From positions 1,860,001 through 1,924,000 of the forward strand of contig CM069149.1 in assembly GCA_035221665.1 (NCBI GenBank): a stretch of DNA of 64,000 nucleotides, given 5' to 3'. Of the stretch, positions 50,470-64,000 are shown one piece after another (the stretch's first letter is position 1; each line of letters starts with the position of its first letter). The translations under genes and the position numbers were made by a program. This DNA is from Okamejei kenojei (Eukaryota). A model generated the notes under the pieces. That model worked only from the letters and a program-made list of their open reading frames with translations. It ran no database searches and was not told the DNA's origin.

Positions 50470-53400
50470 TAAGTTTACCACAGTCATTCCGATCATTTCT
50501 GCATTTGAAGTTCACATTAGTTGTCCCACGTGCAAAGAAAATCTTAACATTGCTAATGTTCCAGTGGTATTCCAGTAAACAATATTCAAAATGTTCCGTG
50601 TATCATCTCGTCAGTTTTAAACATTCAACTTGTCCAGAATTGGATTTCTGAAAAAAATCTTTCTCTGAAATTTAATAATTTATCCACCTGATTTGCAGAT
50701 TCATAAATAAAATCCATCCATCCAGCAAACTTTAATAATGGAAATGCTTAAGCGAAGGTGCAAATTTAAATGTGCCCACTGTTCTGAACATGGACAGTGT
50801 AATTAAAATCAATGCACAACTTCAACAGCTTGGTGACAGAGACTTCTGGATTGTTTATTCTGCTTCTCTTTCTCTCTGGTGTGGTTTTTAGGCAGTTTGT
50901 ATAGACGAGTAACTTCACAATTTGAGAATCCCTTGTTGTCATGGTGCAACTAACAGGGTGAATGAACTGTTCATGCTCCATCAACAATTTAGTTAATTAG
51001 CTCATTTGTAATTGCATTACTTTGTTGCCAGAATGTTAGCAGGGACATCAAAGAAGATGTGTTTACAGTACTGTAGATTACAGGGTATTGCAAAGCAGAT
51101 TGGCATTCAGAAACACCAGAAGATGCATTGATCTCAAACTAAGATTCAAATAGAATAGGCAAGAAAAAAATAAGACGTGTTAGATTCATACTTTTTGTGA
51201 ATTATATTAGATTATGTTTGTGATATAGAATACAGATTACAATGTTAGCCAACATTTTAGAAAAATTGGCACATTGTTGAGTAAATTGTTGCCAAAAACC
51301 TTATATATCAGCAAAGGGTTAAGACTTGGGCTATACTGTGGTATATGATTACTATCTGTGAAAATGTTAATCACCATAAAACCACAAAGTGCAGGGGATT
51401 ACAAATGTAATCCAGCTATCTTGGTTTAAAATTCTAAAATTTGACTAGATTTACTTTTGAGAAGGATAGAAATAATAAAAATAGAAAATAATAATACAAT
51501 TAAATCAATATTTAATATTATCACTAGAAGGTTAAAACATCAGCAGATGTTATCAACAAAACTTAAACATCAATAATCAGTCGCTAAAATAGTGTGTCCA
51601 CATTGAAAATTTCTGATCCATCTGTACTGTACAGCTACGTATATTTACAGAAGTGTAGTATCCTTGGAGCACTGTTTTATAATTGTAAATAGACTCCAGC
51701 ACATACAATTCAGAAATATGGTTGTACTAAAAATGGATGCTTTGATCTTCAGGTGGTGACCTATTTCTCACAGACATAACACTAACTCAAATGCACAATA
51801 TAGGTTATTGACAATTACTTTTTTTTCTTTAAAATCGATTTAGATTTCTATTAAATACTTCTTAGTTAAGAGATACACTGTTTTCCAATCCATTAACTTT
51901 ATAGTGAAAAACAGAATTAAAGCCTGCAGCCTCCCAAGCATGTCATATGTAACTCCAAATAGCAGTTAAGTCATTAAGGTGGTTGGGCCTTAGAGCATTC
52001 CTAATCTAAACGCATATCCTCATAAAAGGAAGGAAAGAGCTCACTACTGGTTTACAATAGAGTTAATGCAAGTATACAGTACTACGATGAAAAATTAATA
52101 AAGCATGCTTACTATTGGAATAAAAAACCGATCCAGGCCAATGTTGTGGATTCACATAGTTGACTGATGGAAATTTCTAAGGGAATCTTGTCTGGGTGCT
52201 GAAGTGGAACTTCTCTTAAGTAAGAAGCAGTTTACAGTTTTTCTCTTAAAAGACTGTTACACAAAACCACTTGGAAAGGGGATTACAGTAGAAAACACAT
52301 TCCTGCTGCCTTGCTTTTCTGATAATCGAATGGATTTTGGGTGAAGTGAAGAATAACATCTGAGGAATTGAATGCATTTTTATCTATACATTGCTGAGGT
52401 AGTATTTGTGGTGGCTAGCAATGAAGTATGATATAAACTGACTCAATCAGAAACCTAAGGAATTTAGCTTCATCCTGTTTTCAGTTTAATAATGTCATAG
52501 AGTAATTTGACAATAATGTCTGATGTGTGTAAATGTTCAACACATTTTTAAATATACAACATTATTAAATAGACTCTACTTTTATGTAACATTTTAGATA
52601 TAATATACTTCATGCTGGCTGGAGGTTTGGGACTGGAGCAGTTCACTGCCTGCCCCCTTGTATGACAAGATAATTTCATGGCTACAAAAATACATCATTG
52701 TTAAAGGTGACAGCAAGCCCTCACGTGGAAGGCTCAGATTAATTTATTTTACTCTATTTATAAAAGAGTCACAAGAAGAAATTTATATAAACATTTAAAT
52801 AATAAACATTTGGGCCACTGAAACATTGCCGAAGACTTGTTGGTGCATGTTTTGCATTCTTTGCCTTAAGTGATGATGACAGGTATTAACCATTTTGCCA
52901 TTGACAAATTTAACAGTAGATTTTCAGAACTGGCTAATGAGATGAGATGATCAGTTCAATGGCAGAACTTGAAAAGTTTGGAAGATTGGTATATTTAGAC
53001 TGTAACCTATTCCAATGGTTGAAGAGTAAATTGTATGTACATGTTTTAAATACTGGATCAGACAGATTTTCAAGAAAGGCATGCTGCAAAGAAACCAGTT
53101 AAGATTTTTCTACATTCTGACCCATATGCAGCAGGCTGCCACCATACAAAGAATGATAGTCTTTTACTATTATAACATTGTTCACATTAGAAGAAGCCTT
53201 TTGTGTCAAAGGAGATGTACCAGTGCGAACATCATTGGATAAATATAAATAACTTTCCTTTGAAGATGTTCGTGCATACCATGACATCTTCATCAGCCAA
53301 GACTGACCATAATTCATGATGTTATAAACCTAGCAATATTAATTAGAATTGGAATAGAGTCAATTTATATTCTTTGTGTTTGATTTAAATATGTTGTATA

Positions 53401-56400
53401 AACATTTGTTACACTAGTATTGCAGCACCTGGAAAATTCAATAATTTGGACATATTTCAAAATAATAGTTTGCATGATCCAAAGGAAAATAGATAGTTAT
53501 ATTCAGAGATGTGCTCAAAATATTTAGCAAATATGCTCAAATATTTATCACCAGGTTTAACAGTGCTTGGTGGAAAGTCAAATACCTAATATCTCCAGTG
53601 ATGTCAAATCTGATGCAGAAAGTGACTACACTGCAATTCTGTATAAACTTTGTAGAAATAAATTTTCATGAGAAATGTTGTAACTGAAAATATTTACTTT
53701 GTAAGAATGTGCGCAATGGATCTACTAATAAAATTGTTTTGTTTGTTAACTTCTGTGCATTTGTCAGACTCTAAGCTAGTGTGTTGAAATGCTAGGTGTC
53801 CACCTGCTTTGAATTCGAATGCATGCTATTACTGAATGTTCTGTTAGTTTTGTGAGGTTCTCGTTTGCCATTAGAATGCTTTAAATCAGGCTGAAGCAAA
53901 CTGATTGGTGTTGAAGAAACTAAAAAGCATTCCCCATCTTCTTTTGACCAAATGTACTTCAGAATTACTGAGTCAGATAATAATTCGATTTTATTCAGTA
54001 TTTTCAATGAAGATACCTTCCAAGGGAATTAGAAGCAGTTTGACCTATAGATAAAAATAAAGTTAATTCTCTCATGTGAATAGGGAATATACAGAATGAA
54101 AAGTGTGAAAAAATAGAAAATATGATAAAACTCCAAAGCCGTTCACAGTTTCTTGCATTAAATGGTAAAATTCATTTTCTGAGATATTCCAGTTGCAGTA
54201 TTAATCGGTCACAACTTTTTATGGATTCTGTTTATCGAGACCTATAATAGTTTTAAAAGACAGTCATAAAAAATCAGATTGGGTTTTTTTTCGCTTTATC
54301 GCGCTGCTTAAAAAATGTTTTAATTAATAATGTGAATAAGTTGGTGTGCTAATGATATTCAAGTTTCAGACTTAAGCATAAGGTCTGGCTGAATCGGCCA
54401 TCTACCAAAAGGCTTTCATACTCCTTTACTGAATGGTAGACAACCACATCATTTATTCCATTTTGAAAACAAAAATCAATATATCTATAAAGTGACTCAT
54501 AAATTAGAGCTAGCTCATGGAATGTTTGTACAGTGCTGGCTTTTTGAAGGCACCCTTTGCATTTTTCTTTCACCTCTATATTTGAACTAGAGTCACTGTA
54601 AGAGCCTCATTAGGGGACATTAGGGACTTCAGCCAAGCAGAATTCCAGAGACTGCTTTCCTCTTATTAATGCATAGCAAAGTAGGATGCACTTAAATATT
54701 TCATAGGTATTCAGTAATTTGTGTGTAATCGGCTTGTTAGCAGACCAGTAGAAGTAGAACGGGTCTGTGAAATGGTGTTAGAGATTGCATGGGTAATTTA
54801 TAGACCTTTGACATTGGAAATAGCTGTTATTGGAGACTGGAATGAAGCTGTGAAATAGAACTGGCAATAAGTAGAAAACTTAATAAAGGTTTTGTAACAA
54901 GCATCTATGGGGATAACAACCCACTTGGTCGTTTTCAAGCAGCTATAATTTATGACATATGCAATATATCAAGTGCATACGATAGCATTATGGAGTATTG
55001 AAATGAAAAGGGTATTTGCAACATTAGGTCCAACTTCCTGCTAGGGATGTGATTAAATGATTAATGAAATGTCCCTTTGCATATGCATTTTGAAACAGCA
55101 ATTAAGCACAGGCTGAAAAAGAATCCACCAATCCTATCATTTTTCAGCTTATCTCATTCTTGTTATATAAATCATAGAGAATTTGTGAGGAGCAATATGT
55201 CTGACCTGAAGTGGTTACTAAAGCATGAAAGAGAGTCATCATTTCTGTATAAAATAATCATAAATAAATAGGTTAATAATTTAAACCTATGAACGATCTC
55301 TTGATTTATTATTGCGGAGGTTTATTCCTACCTTTTCTTTGGTAGTGTCCAATTTCGCAGGAATGATTGGCATAATTAAATACGAGAATGAATAGACATT
55401 ATTATGTTGCTCATTGCTGGTAAACAATAGCAAGGAAAAGAGACAGCAGATGTAGCAAAAAAAAATGCATGAAAATGCATGTTCATTGATCTGACAGAGT
55501 TTATACTTTAAATAATAAGAGGCCTGCAAGCTAGCCTATAATTACAGAAAGGAAAGTGGCAGCTTTGGCATTTCCAAATTCTATGTCATTTTAAGGGTGC
55601 TTTGTGAATTTGTCATCAATAATAATTTCGACAGAGAGGCATTGCCTCACATAACTTTGCAAAGACCTTCCTTTTTTGCTTTCATTTAACGCAACGTAGG
55701 CTTGTATTGGAATTTAAATCTTTTGATTTCCATTGAAAATTGAACCAAATTGAATCTGTGGTATAGCATTGCCACTATTTTCAGCTTTGTTCTTTGTAGT
55801 GATGTTAACAAACGTGAGCAGATGTCAATGTTATATAGTCTAAGTTTGACGGGCAATGCCGATAACTATTTTCATGCTTTCAGTTGTTGCAGAGCAGTAA
55901 TGGCTTAGCTAACTGCAGTTTTCTACAACTGCTGCAGTGTAGTTGAAGGGCATTCTTGTTTTATTATATTTTAATTATTCATTAAGATTCACATATATAG
56001 AAAATGTGAAGACTGCATATTATCTAAAGATTTGCCTAATTTAACAAACTAGGGCTGTTTATATTCATTCTCCTTATTTTTTTTGCTGGACTTAAATATA
56101 CATGACAATTATTAATGTGTGCATCTTACGACTGGGTGTTGGTATATTGGAATTTGGAAGTCCAATCTTTTCCTCATTAGGCGTAGACAAATACTCATCT
56201 TCAGAAATAGGTATTGTATTGGAAGAGGAAATCCTGACTGATTTTATGCTCCATAGCTTAGGTTCAATGTTAATCTTGGCCAGAAATCAGGTCATATGCT
56301 ACAGATAAAGGATTGACCTGGAAACTTTCTAGTCTGTATGGCTCGGGTACTTACTAGTTACATACACTGAACCACTGGGGACCATTGTCATTTAAGTATA

Positions 56401-56831
56401 AATACACCTTGAAATGTGCTACAACATATGAAGTTTAATATGAGTGCTTGAAAGCACTGTGTATAAAAGCAAGAGATGAAGTGTCTGAATCTCTGCAGGG
56501 AGGAATGAGGAAATTCCAATAACACTCTCTTTAAAGATTGCATTTTAGTTTTATTTAAAACAAAATTCTACCATGTGCATTTTCTTCCTAGATTTTGAGA
56601 TGGACATCTTCTCAAATTCCTTGCTCTTTCATTCCAACATGTTTGACCTGCTTGTTCTTGCTGTTTTTGTTACAAAAGTTATATTTTTCTATCTGAAGTC
56701 TTTTTAAACATTTTTGGCCTTTTTTTAAATGTTCTTATACGATAGAATGAAACCCTTTCTCTACTAAGCTAACATTATACACAAGGGATTGGGTAATTTG
56801 AGGGCTTTATTTGAAAACAACTCTTTTTGTC

Positions 56832-56911
56832 TTGCATCTGATGCATGGGTTTTTAGTTGCATCTGGGGCATGGGTTTTTAGTTGCATCTGGGGCATGGGT
56901 TTTTAGTTGCA
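56832..56911. repeat. 25-bp tandem repeat, about 3 copies (ttgcatctggggcatgggtttttag)
   Basis: Directly visible. Confidence 0.9.
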
Positions 56912-57655
56912 TTTAGCTGGATGTTCAGCATGCTAAGTGCTCACCATGCAGGAATAGAACATAGACCATAGATGAGTACACCACAGGAAGTGGCCCATAG
57001 ACACACAATGTCTGTGCCAAACATGATGGCAAGACCAAACACTTATTGACCTGCTCATAATCCACATCTCTCCATTTGAAGATAAAATATTCTCAATGCC
57101 AAGAGTTGTTTTTTCTTTTACAGAATCCAAGTTTCTCAAACCCATCCGTAGTACCACTTACAAATTAATTGTTAACACATCTTCTTGATTTATCTCCAAT
57201 CAGTGGCATTGTCCACTAAGGGTTTAAGCCCATGTTGTTGTACACACTGTATTAACACAGATTAAGGCATTCAAAATGCTGATGCAGTTAATGAGTCTTT
57301 AGCTTTAGTGTAGCTTAATTAAAAAAATGAAAAATATTTAAGTAAACTCCGTAATCACCTTATTTTCATTTGCATTACCACATGTATTTTTAGTATATGT
57401 CTTCTAATCACTTTTCATCCAAAATAATTCAAAATCTTTCCAGAGAAGCATAAGATAAGCATTGATTACTTTTCAATTCTAGCATGAGCATGGGGTAGGC
57501 ATTCATTTTTAAATAATCTCCTCAGAAAATGACATAAGGAAAGTAAAAATTGAAATGTAGACTTGAAATATAATTTTGCAGTTCACACTGATGTTATTTT
57601 TTTACTAACTAATTATAAGGCCATTATATTACTAAAAAGGATTGTGTATTAGTTT

Positions 57656-57840
57656 TGTGTAGGAAGGAACTGCAGATGCTGGTTTTAACTGAGCATCTTA
57701 ACATGAGCAAAACTAGTTCTCAAAAGATAGACACAAAAAGCTGGAGTAACTCAGCTGGTCAGGCAGCATCTCTGGAGAAAAGGAGTTGACATTTTGGGTC
57801 GAGACACTTCTGAACAAGGCCTATTCCTTTTCTCCAGAGT
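57656..57840 (-). mobile_element. Penelope-derived repeat with an insertion and a partial inverted arm
   Basis: aggaaggaactgcagatgctgg...agatagacacaaaaagctggagtaactcagc...gggtcgagac...ttttctccagag. Confidence 0.78.
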
Positions 57841-58539
57841 TTGCATTTCAAGTGGAGGAGAAAGAACAACATGGACTCATTGGGCAAAATGACTGTTTCT
57901 GGTGATTTGTATAAAGTTCACTGGGACTTCATGTTTCAATATTTTAAATGAAACTTGAGATCCAGTGAATATCGCATAGTAATTTGCAGCTCGAGTTGTC
58001 ACTTGTGTCTTAATTAAATGCTCTGTACATGGTGCTCAATGCAAATCAATAATCTAAGGGAAAGTTTAAAACTGTTACTGAGACTTAGAGGGAATTATAT
58101 CCATGATGATCATTATTGTCTAAATTAGTTCTACCATGGCAATAACAACTGCTAGGAATAGACAAATGGAAGCAGTATGTTAATAGCTAAGTTTGCCAAA
58201 GGTAAAATAATGGTCCTAAAAGCATTACTGCAACTTTGCTGTTAAAACTGTATATTCAGACATGAAAAAAAATCCTCACAGTCTTTTGATTGTCATCAAA
58301 ATAAGCCCAAAATATTAATCATATTATTTCATTAAAAACAAGAATCTGAACATGGAAACTCAAAGGAAAAGTAAAGTCATGTTGTTAATTGTAGATAAAA
58401 TACAAATAAGAGAATAGAAATGAATTTACTTTGGCTGAAATAGAGTAGCATAATTCTGTTTCTTTAGTCTTTTCAAAAAAGTTCTGCTTGAGCTAGAGCT
58501 TGAGCTTCTGCTGGCCACGTCATAAAATGTTTAGCAAAA

Positions 58540-58795
58540 AGGAGATTGCAGAATGAACTCAGCAGGTTGAGAAGTCACTGTGAGGGAATGGAATTGTCAA
58601 TGTGTCTGGTCCAGAGTCTGCATCAGGACAGTCCCAGCCTAAAACGTTGGTAATCCCTTTCCCCCATAAATGCTTCTCGACCAGTTGAGTTTCGCCAGCG
58701 CTTTGTCTATTGCCCAAGATTCAAGATTCTTTGTGTCTCCTCCAGCAGTCTATTTTTTTCCTGCTCCAGATTTGTGCATCTGCAGTCTCCTGTGC
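58540..58795. mobile_element. Old degenerate palindromic Penelope-derived element
   Basis: aactcagcaggttgagaag pairs with cttctcgaccagttgagtt; ends catctgcagtctcctgtg. Confidence 0.5.
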
Positions 58796-59435
58796 CCTCA
58801 TAAAGTGTTTACTCTGAAATTTAGGTTGATTTGCTGCTGTCATTATATTGGGAAGCCCATTGTATGAAATTACAGAGCATATGCCTGTGATGTTCTGCCC
58901 ATTAGCATTATTGGATAAGGTAGTACAGCTGTGCTCCTGCGATTTCCCGCAATATCCTCTGTATCCCATCCCTCACTGCATGTATGAATCACTAATGCTT
59001 ACATACCTTAAAAGTAGTGCAAATGTACATCAGCCTTCGTTATAATTCTTGCCAGGCTCAAAGGTAACAAATTGCAGTGCTAGAGGTAAAGTGAAGAGTG
59101 ATGGCGATTGATTACCTAGCTGTTTTGAAAAGCTTCGTTCTGTGTCATGATATCTTATGTTTGCTGCTGTTAGGCTAAAATTTGACAAAATCATTTTAGA
59201 TTTTTATTACTCCTCCCTTTTTTGGTTGCAGCCAATATCATCCTATTCCTTTTGAAGTCTAGTTAATGAACCGAAAAGTCACAAAGATGCCCATTCAATG
59301 TTAAAGCTGATCGCATGAAAGCTGATTCACAATTTTGTGTAATGTCATATGCTGTATCATTTGACCATAACAATGCGTATTATGATGTCTAACAGTGATA
59401 CATAAATAACAATTGTGGTGTACCAAACAGCCTGA

Positions 59436-59648
<213 letters not shown>

Positions 59649-60071
59649 TAATTCCCGTGCTACATAAATGATAATATTTTTCATGAAAATGTAGGGAAAT
59701 TAATTGCTGGGATTTCAGATACAATTGTGGTTTAATAGCTTGGTTAAACCATAAATCGTAATGTAATAAAATATTATTAAAGTAACTCTATATTCCCCCT
59801 TCCCACACCTACTACCACCACCGAGTCACTTAAATAAAATCCTAACCTATTCAAATCTTCTGAAGAATGGATTATTTAATTGCCAAGAAAGTGTCCACAA
59901 AACCTTTTTTCCCAGACTCCACCTAACAGTGTGAATATATCAGAAACCAACATTGGGTAATCACTTTCCATTTCCACTTTCTATACCATGTACAAGCTCT
60001 CTTTTATTCTATATACAGGTACCTCTTCCAGCTAGTATCTTAGTACACCTACGTATAATGTTTGCCAGGAA

Positions 60072-60165
60072 TGGGACTAGGGGAAAACAAATGGTCGGCA
60101 CGGACTGGAAGGGCCGAGAGGGCCTGTTTCCGTGCTGTAATTGTTATATGGTTATATGTTATATG
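60072..60165 (+). mobile_element. Very short 3' tail of the young CR1 subfamily
   Basis: Near-identical to 21499-21580. Confidence 0.88.
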
Positions 60166-60930
60166 AATGAAAGGGCTTTCTATTTTCAGTAAAACTGACC
60201 TTTGTTTTACATATTGGTTATCCCTCTCCTTAAATTTCATGGTTTGATTTGTGTTTTGAAGAAATAAGATCTTAGCTATAATTTTAGCTGACCAAGCAAT
60301 ATATGATTTTAAAACACAAGGAAACGATCTTCTCTCAATGATCCTGCATTCTAGGTGGCCAATTAATAAGTTTCCTTCTCGCCGAGTATAGAAACAATTG
60401 CTTGGTATAAAGTCTGTTGTTTGTAATGAGACCCAGTGCAATGTGGTCCCAGACTCTGTAACGGAGATAAGTGCAAGATTCTGCCAGGTCTCTGTCACTC
60501 TATTGAATTAGATTGATGATGGCAGATTGTAGGGGGCAGTAACTGGACCTCAGAGGGAAAGGATGAAGCATGCAGATGATTCTGGCAGGCACAGTGTTTT
60601 GAGAACCCTTCCCTTTTTCCAGCTGCTGGCTTTGTTCCATTCCTCACAGTGTGCACGGGAGTTTAACAGAACACCAAGGGCCTACTTATTTGTGTTTTTG
60701 GTAACTTGTTACTGTCACTACATATATGACCTAAATTCTTCTATTGACAAAAAGATGAAGTGTTATTTGTTTTTCTGTGACCTTTTAACACAAGGGAGGC
60801 TTAAACGATGAGTGCTTCATATGAAGTTGTCTATTTCTTTAGAACAAACTTAGAGAAATAAGATTCATGCCATCACAAACATTTCAAAAGTATTTTGTAA
60901 GTGATTTAGTTTCTGTTTGTTCAATAACAG

Positions 60931-61014
60931 CTTTCTAAAGAGCGTGAACGTCTTCAGGCAATGATGACCCACCTCCATATGAGACCTTCTGATCCTAAGC
61001 CATGTCCGAAACCT
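60931..61014 (+). CDS. FOXP2: FOXP2 exon 10 equivalent, leucine zipper: [28 protein letters not shown]
   Basis: taacag|CTT acceptor and CCT|gtaagt donor; 84 nt. LSKERERL...HMRPS is diagnostic of FOXP2 versus FOXP1/4. Confidence 0.96.
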
Positions 61015-61355
61015 GTAAGTTTAATATTCAACAATTCATTGAAAAGAGATCACAGCTTATAATAAATATTACATACCATAAAAATAAAGAATTGTCTCAA
61101 CAGTTTCCATATAGAATGGTTATACCAAAACTTAAGCATTACGTGTGGTTATGAACAATGTTAGTAGATAGCTTTTTGTTGAAATAAAATAGACATGCTA
61201 CATTCTACTTTGACAAAGTAATATACTTCACTTGTGACAAATAACTGACTTGAGATGACTGCTGAATTGTTCGAACATTTTATTTTGATGGATTTACAAA
61301 TACACTTTGCCAGCGAAGAGAATTTTATTGGGCATCAATTGCACTGCTATATAGC

Positions 61356-61423
61356 TATGTCATTACTGGCAAAGCATTGAATGGAGTTCTTATGTCATTA
61401 CTGGAAAGACATTGAATGGAGTT
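61356..61423. repeat. 35-bp tandem duplication (tatgtcattactgg...cattgaatggagtt)
   Basis: Units start at 61356 and 61391. Confidence 0.85.
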
Positions 61424-61888
61424 ACTTAAAGGTGAAGTACTGGAATTTACTGCCTGCCGAAATAGTATCTAAAGCATTTTATTTTAAAGCAATCCCGGTA
61501 TGAACTGTCCAAATGAAAGTTCTTGGTGTGAATACCTTGCTTGATAAATGAAATAAAATTAAAATCATCCTGATGAATTGTGTGCCTTTAGTATGTTAGT
61601 TTAGTATGTTAGATTGGATGCAAAACATGATTCTTTGATCTTTAAACTTTGAAAATGCTTTGTTACTTTCAGAGATGTTCAAGTGTCAATTTAAACTCCT
61701 CCACCACTCCCAACCCTGCCTAAAGAAGTTCAGCATCAGTTAAACACTATATGGTAAAATTGGCTTGGTGAGAAGGGTCTTTCATTCCACTGCAAGTCTG
61801 TGTTTGACAATTAGGGGAGAAACACACATAATATTGTTTCAATACCTGTAATCAAAACTGCATTTGTTCTGCCAAACTGAACTGTTTT

Positions 61889-61922
61889 ACACACGCTCAC
61901 ACACACAGCCCCCCCCCCCCCC

Positions 61923-61966
<44 letters not shown>
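61889..61966. repeat. (CA)n microsatellite with an internal poly-C run
   Basis: Directly visible. Confidence 0.95.
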
Positions 61967-61967
<1 letters not shown>

Positions 61968-63001
61968 GTCCATGAGCATGTGAGGATAGGGATAGTCGAG
62001 AGCAAGAGCTTTCTCATGACGACGATAAGTAGTGCTTTGTTATTGACTAACAGGAGATGCAACTAGGCAGTGCTGACCCCCTTCTGACTGAGATCACATA
62101 CATTGCTCTCTGCACTACAGCATTATTTAGCTCAACTGAAAACTGATAACACCTCGACTAAGGAAACTGTATTCAGGTGACGAACACCTTAGGAACTCCA
62201 TCTTGTGACCTTCTGGTTGTGAGTTCGAATCCCCAGACAGACAAATTACTTGGGAAATTAATAGCCCCAATTTCTAATTTGTATTAAGAATTTTGTTGCA
62301 GCTTAATTAAAATGGGGATGGAGCAATCTTGTTGAAAGACAACTTGGTTTAATACACTGCTTTATTAATTTATTTTAAATGAATAATACTCCGATCACTT
62401 CTTATTCCATATTGCATTCACCAGTACATAAAGTTTAAAGATAAAATACTTATCGAGTAAATCCATCAGGAATCTGCAGCTCATTCTTTATAAATAAATT
62501 ATTCAATTAGTAAATTTGTAAAAGTCCAACAGTGTGGTAAGATCTGCACAAATAAAGGATCTTCAGCTTATATTCTAAAACTGAACTTGAATAATGTAAC
62601 TCAAGTATTACATTACATAAACCACACATGAAAGAATGTCTAATTGCATTTGATGATGGGTAATTAATAGGGAATCCTTAGATGAGCAAGTCAAATTGAT
62701 ACCACAGTCTTTTCCTCTTCCCACTGGACACTTGTGCTCTCTACAATGTATTACATGGCACTGTTAGCCTTTGAATGGTTGAAAAGGGGAACAGTATACA
62801 AAAAGAACTCTAAAATTTATATACTGCACAAAAAGAGCTCCATAATTGATATGATAGTACTGATTTATGTCCTCATATGCAGTGGCTCAGTTGAGACAGC
62901 CCACACATTTGATAAATATTAATAGTATGAATTTATTACCAAGGCAAAATGAGCTCTGTTGGTTCATCACTGCACCCTTAACAGCTATCAGCACATGAAC
63001 A

Positions 63002-63165
63002 NNNNNNNNNNNNNNNNNNNNNNNNNNNNNNNNNNNNNNNNNNNNNNNNNNNNNNNNNNNNNNNNNNNNNNNNNNNNNNNNNNNNNNNNNNNNNNNNNNN
63101 NNNNNNNNNNNNNNNNNNNNNNNNNNNNNNNNNNNNNNNNNNNNNNNNNNNNNNNNNNNNNNNNN
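63002..63165. other. N run (164 nt)
   Basis: Undetermined or masked bases. Confidence 0.99.
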
Positions 63166-64000
63166 GTTGAGGTAGCTAAGTGCTCATCCCAGCTTTTACA
63201 TGCTTTTCCTTATTTAGCTTTAATAAATTCTATTTTATCAGAACATGAGTGCCATCCAGAAACATGTTCTGCTTGTTATTACTCTAAGATAAAATAAATT
63301 ATCATAACCCTGTAAACATAATCAGCTACAGTAGATAAGTCACAGAATTTTTTTTAAATGATGGTGACTTTATGAACTTTTATAATTGAAAATTATCTTG
63401 GTGTACAGAATTGTGAATATTATTTTGAACAGTATTTATGTAATTTTCACAAGCTAGTTCATTTGAGATTTAAATAAAACAAATAAATCCTAATCAAATT
63501 GCTCTGATTTATCCAGAAACCCATTAAGCAAATAGACTTACAATCAAATTTCAAATAAGAAAATTATTAGATTTTTTTAATTACAGGAATACGTTGAAGT
63601 TTTGTAAAATGTTTCCTTGAATGCAATGTGTAAATCAATTGTAAAGCTGGTATGATTTTTCTAATTTTTTTAACACGGTCTTGTTTATTTATTAGGATAG
63701 TTACAGTATTTGAGTCACCATGAAATTTATATATAAACATAAGTGGATTTCACACGTCAGGCTGCAAGCTGTGGGTAGCAGTAGAATAAAACAGTTTGTG
63801 GTTTATCGGGAACAGATGCACTAGGGATTGCCTTCAGGGTGCCAGGCGCTGTTATTAGACTGCCAGTGAGCTTCTCCTGGCTCCTACCCAAGAATGCAGA
63901 ACAATTAGCTGGCATATGTTAATTTTTGTTTCTTTAACAAATTTTTCTACTCTCTAAACATGTAAAACAAATCCTCAAAGTAAGATCAATCAATGTTAAA

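Noticed and set aside
50570-55430. Forkhead (GTAAACA) motifs as FOXP2 autoregulatory sites
   Set aside because: The frequency is not clearly above expectation for AT-rich DNA.

Overview
This is eukaryotic genomic DNA, most likely from a cartilaginous fish such as a skate or ray (inferred from the repeat families). The window lies inside the FOXP2 gene on the + strand. Seven coding exons are present (human exons 4-10 equivalents: 32404-32541, 33550-33732, 38029-38182, 39502-39712, 50364-50468, 59456-59543, 60931-61014). All have GT-AG boundaries and consistent phases. They encode the Q-rich region, the C2H2 zinc finger and the leucine zipper; the forkhead exons lie beyond the window. The introns hold decayed or truncated mobile elements: at least two CR1 LINE families, tRNA-derived SINEs, Penelope-like (GIY-YIG) elements and many short derivatives with hammerhead-ribozyme-like cores, a complete non-autonomous Helitron, a Passport-like Tc1 end, a hAT end, an L1 3' end with a 14-bp TSD and an old DeuSINE. 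Almost all listed ORFs are spurious or TE fragments. Highlights: the hammerhead-core hairpin elements, a CR1 tail that probably supplies the exon-5 branch point, a masked but frame-preserving long polyQ tract, and Thr at both 'human-specific' FOXP2 sites. I found no convincing wholly new biological system. Comparisons to human FOXP2 and to TE consensus sequences are from memory, not from database searches.
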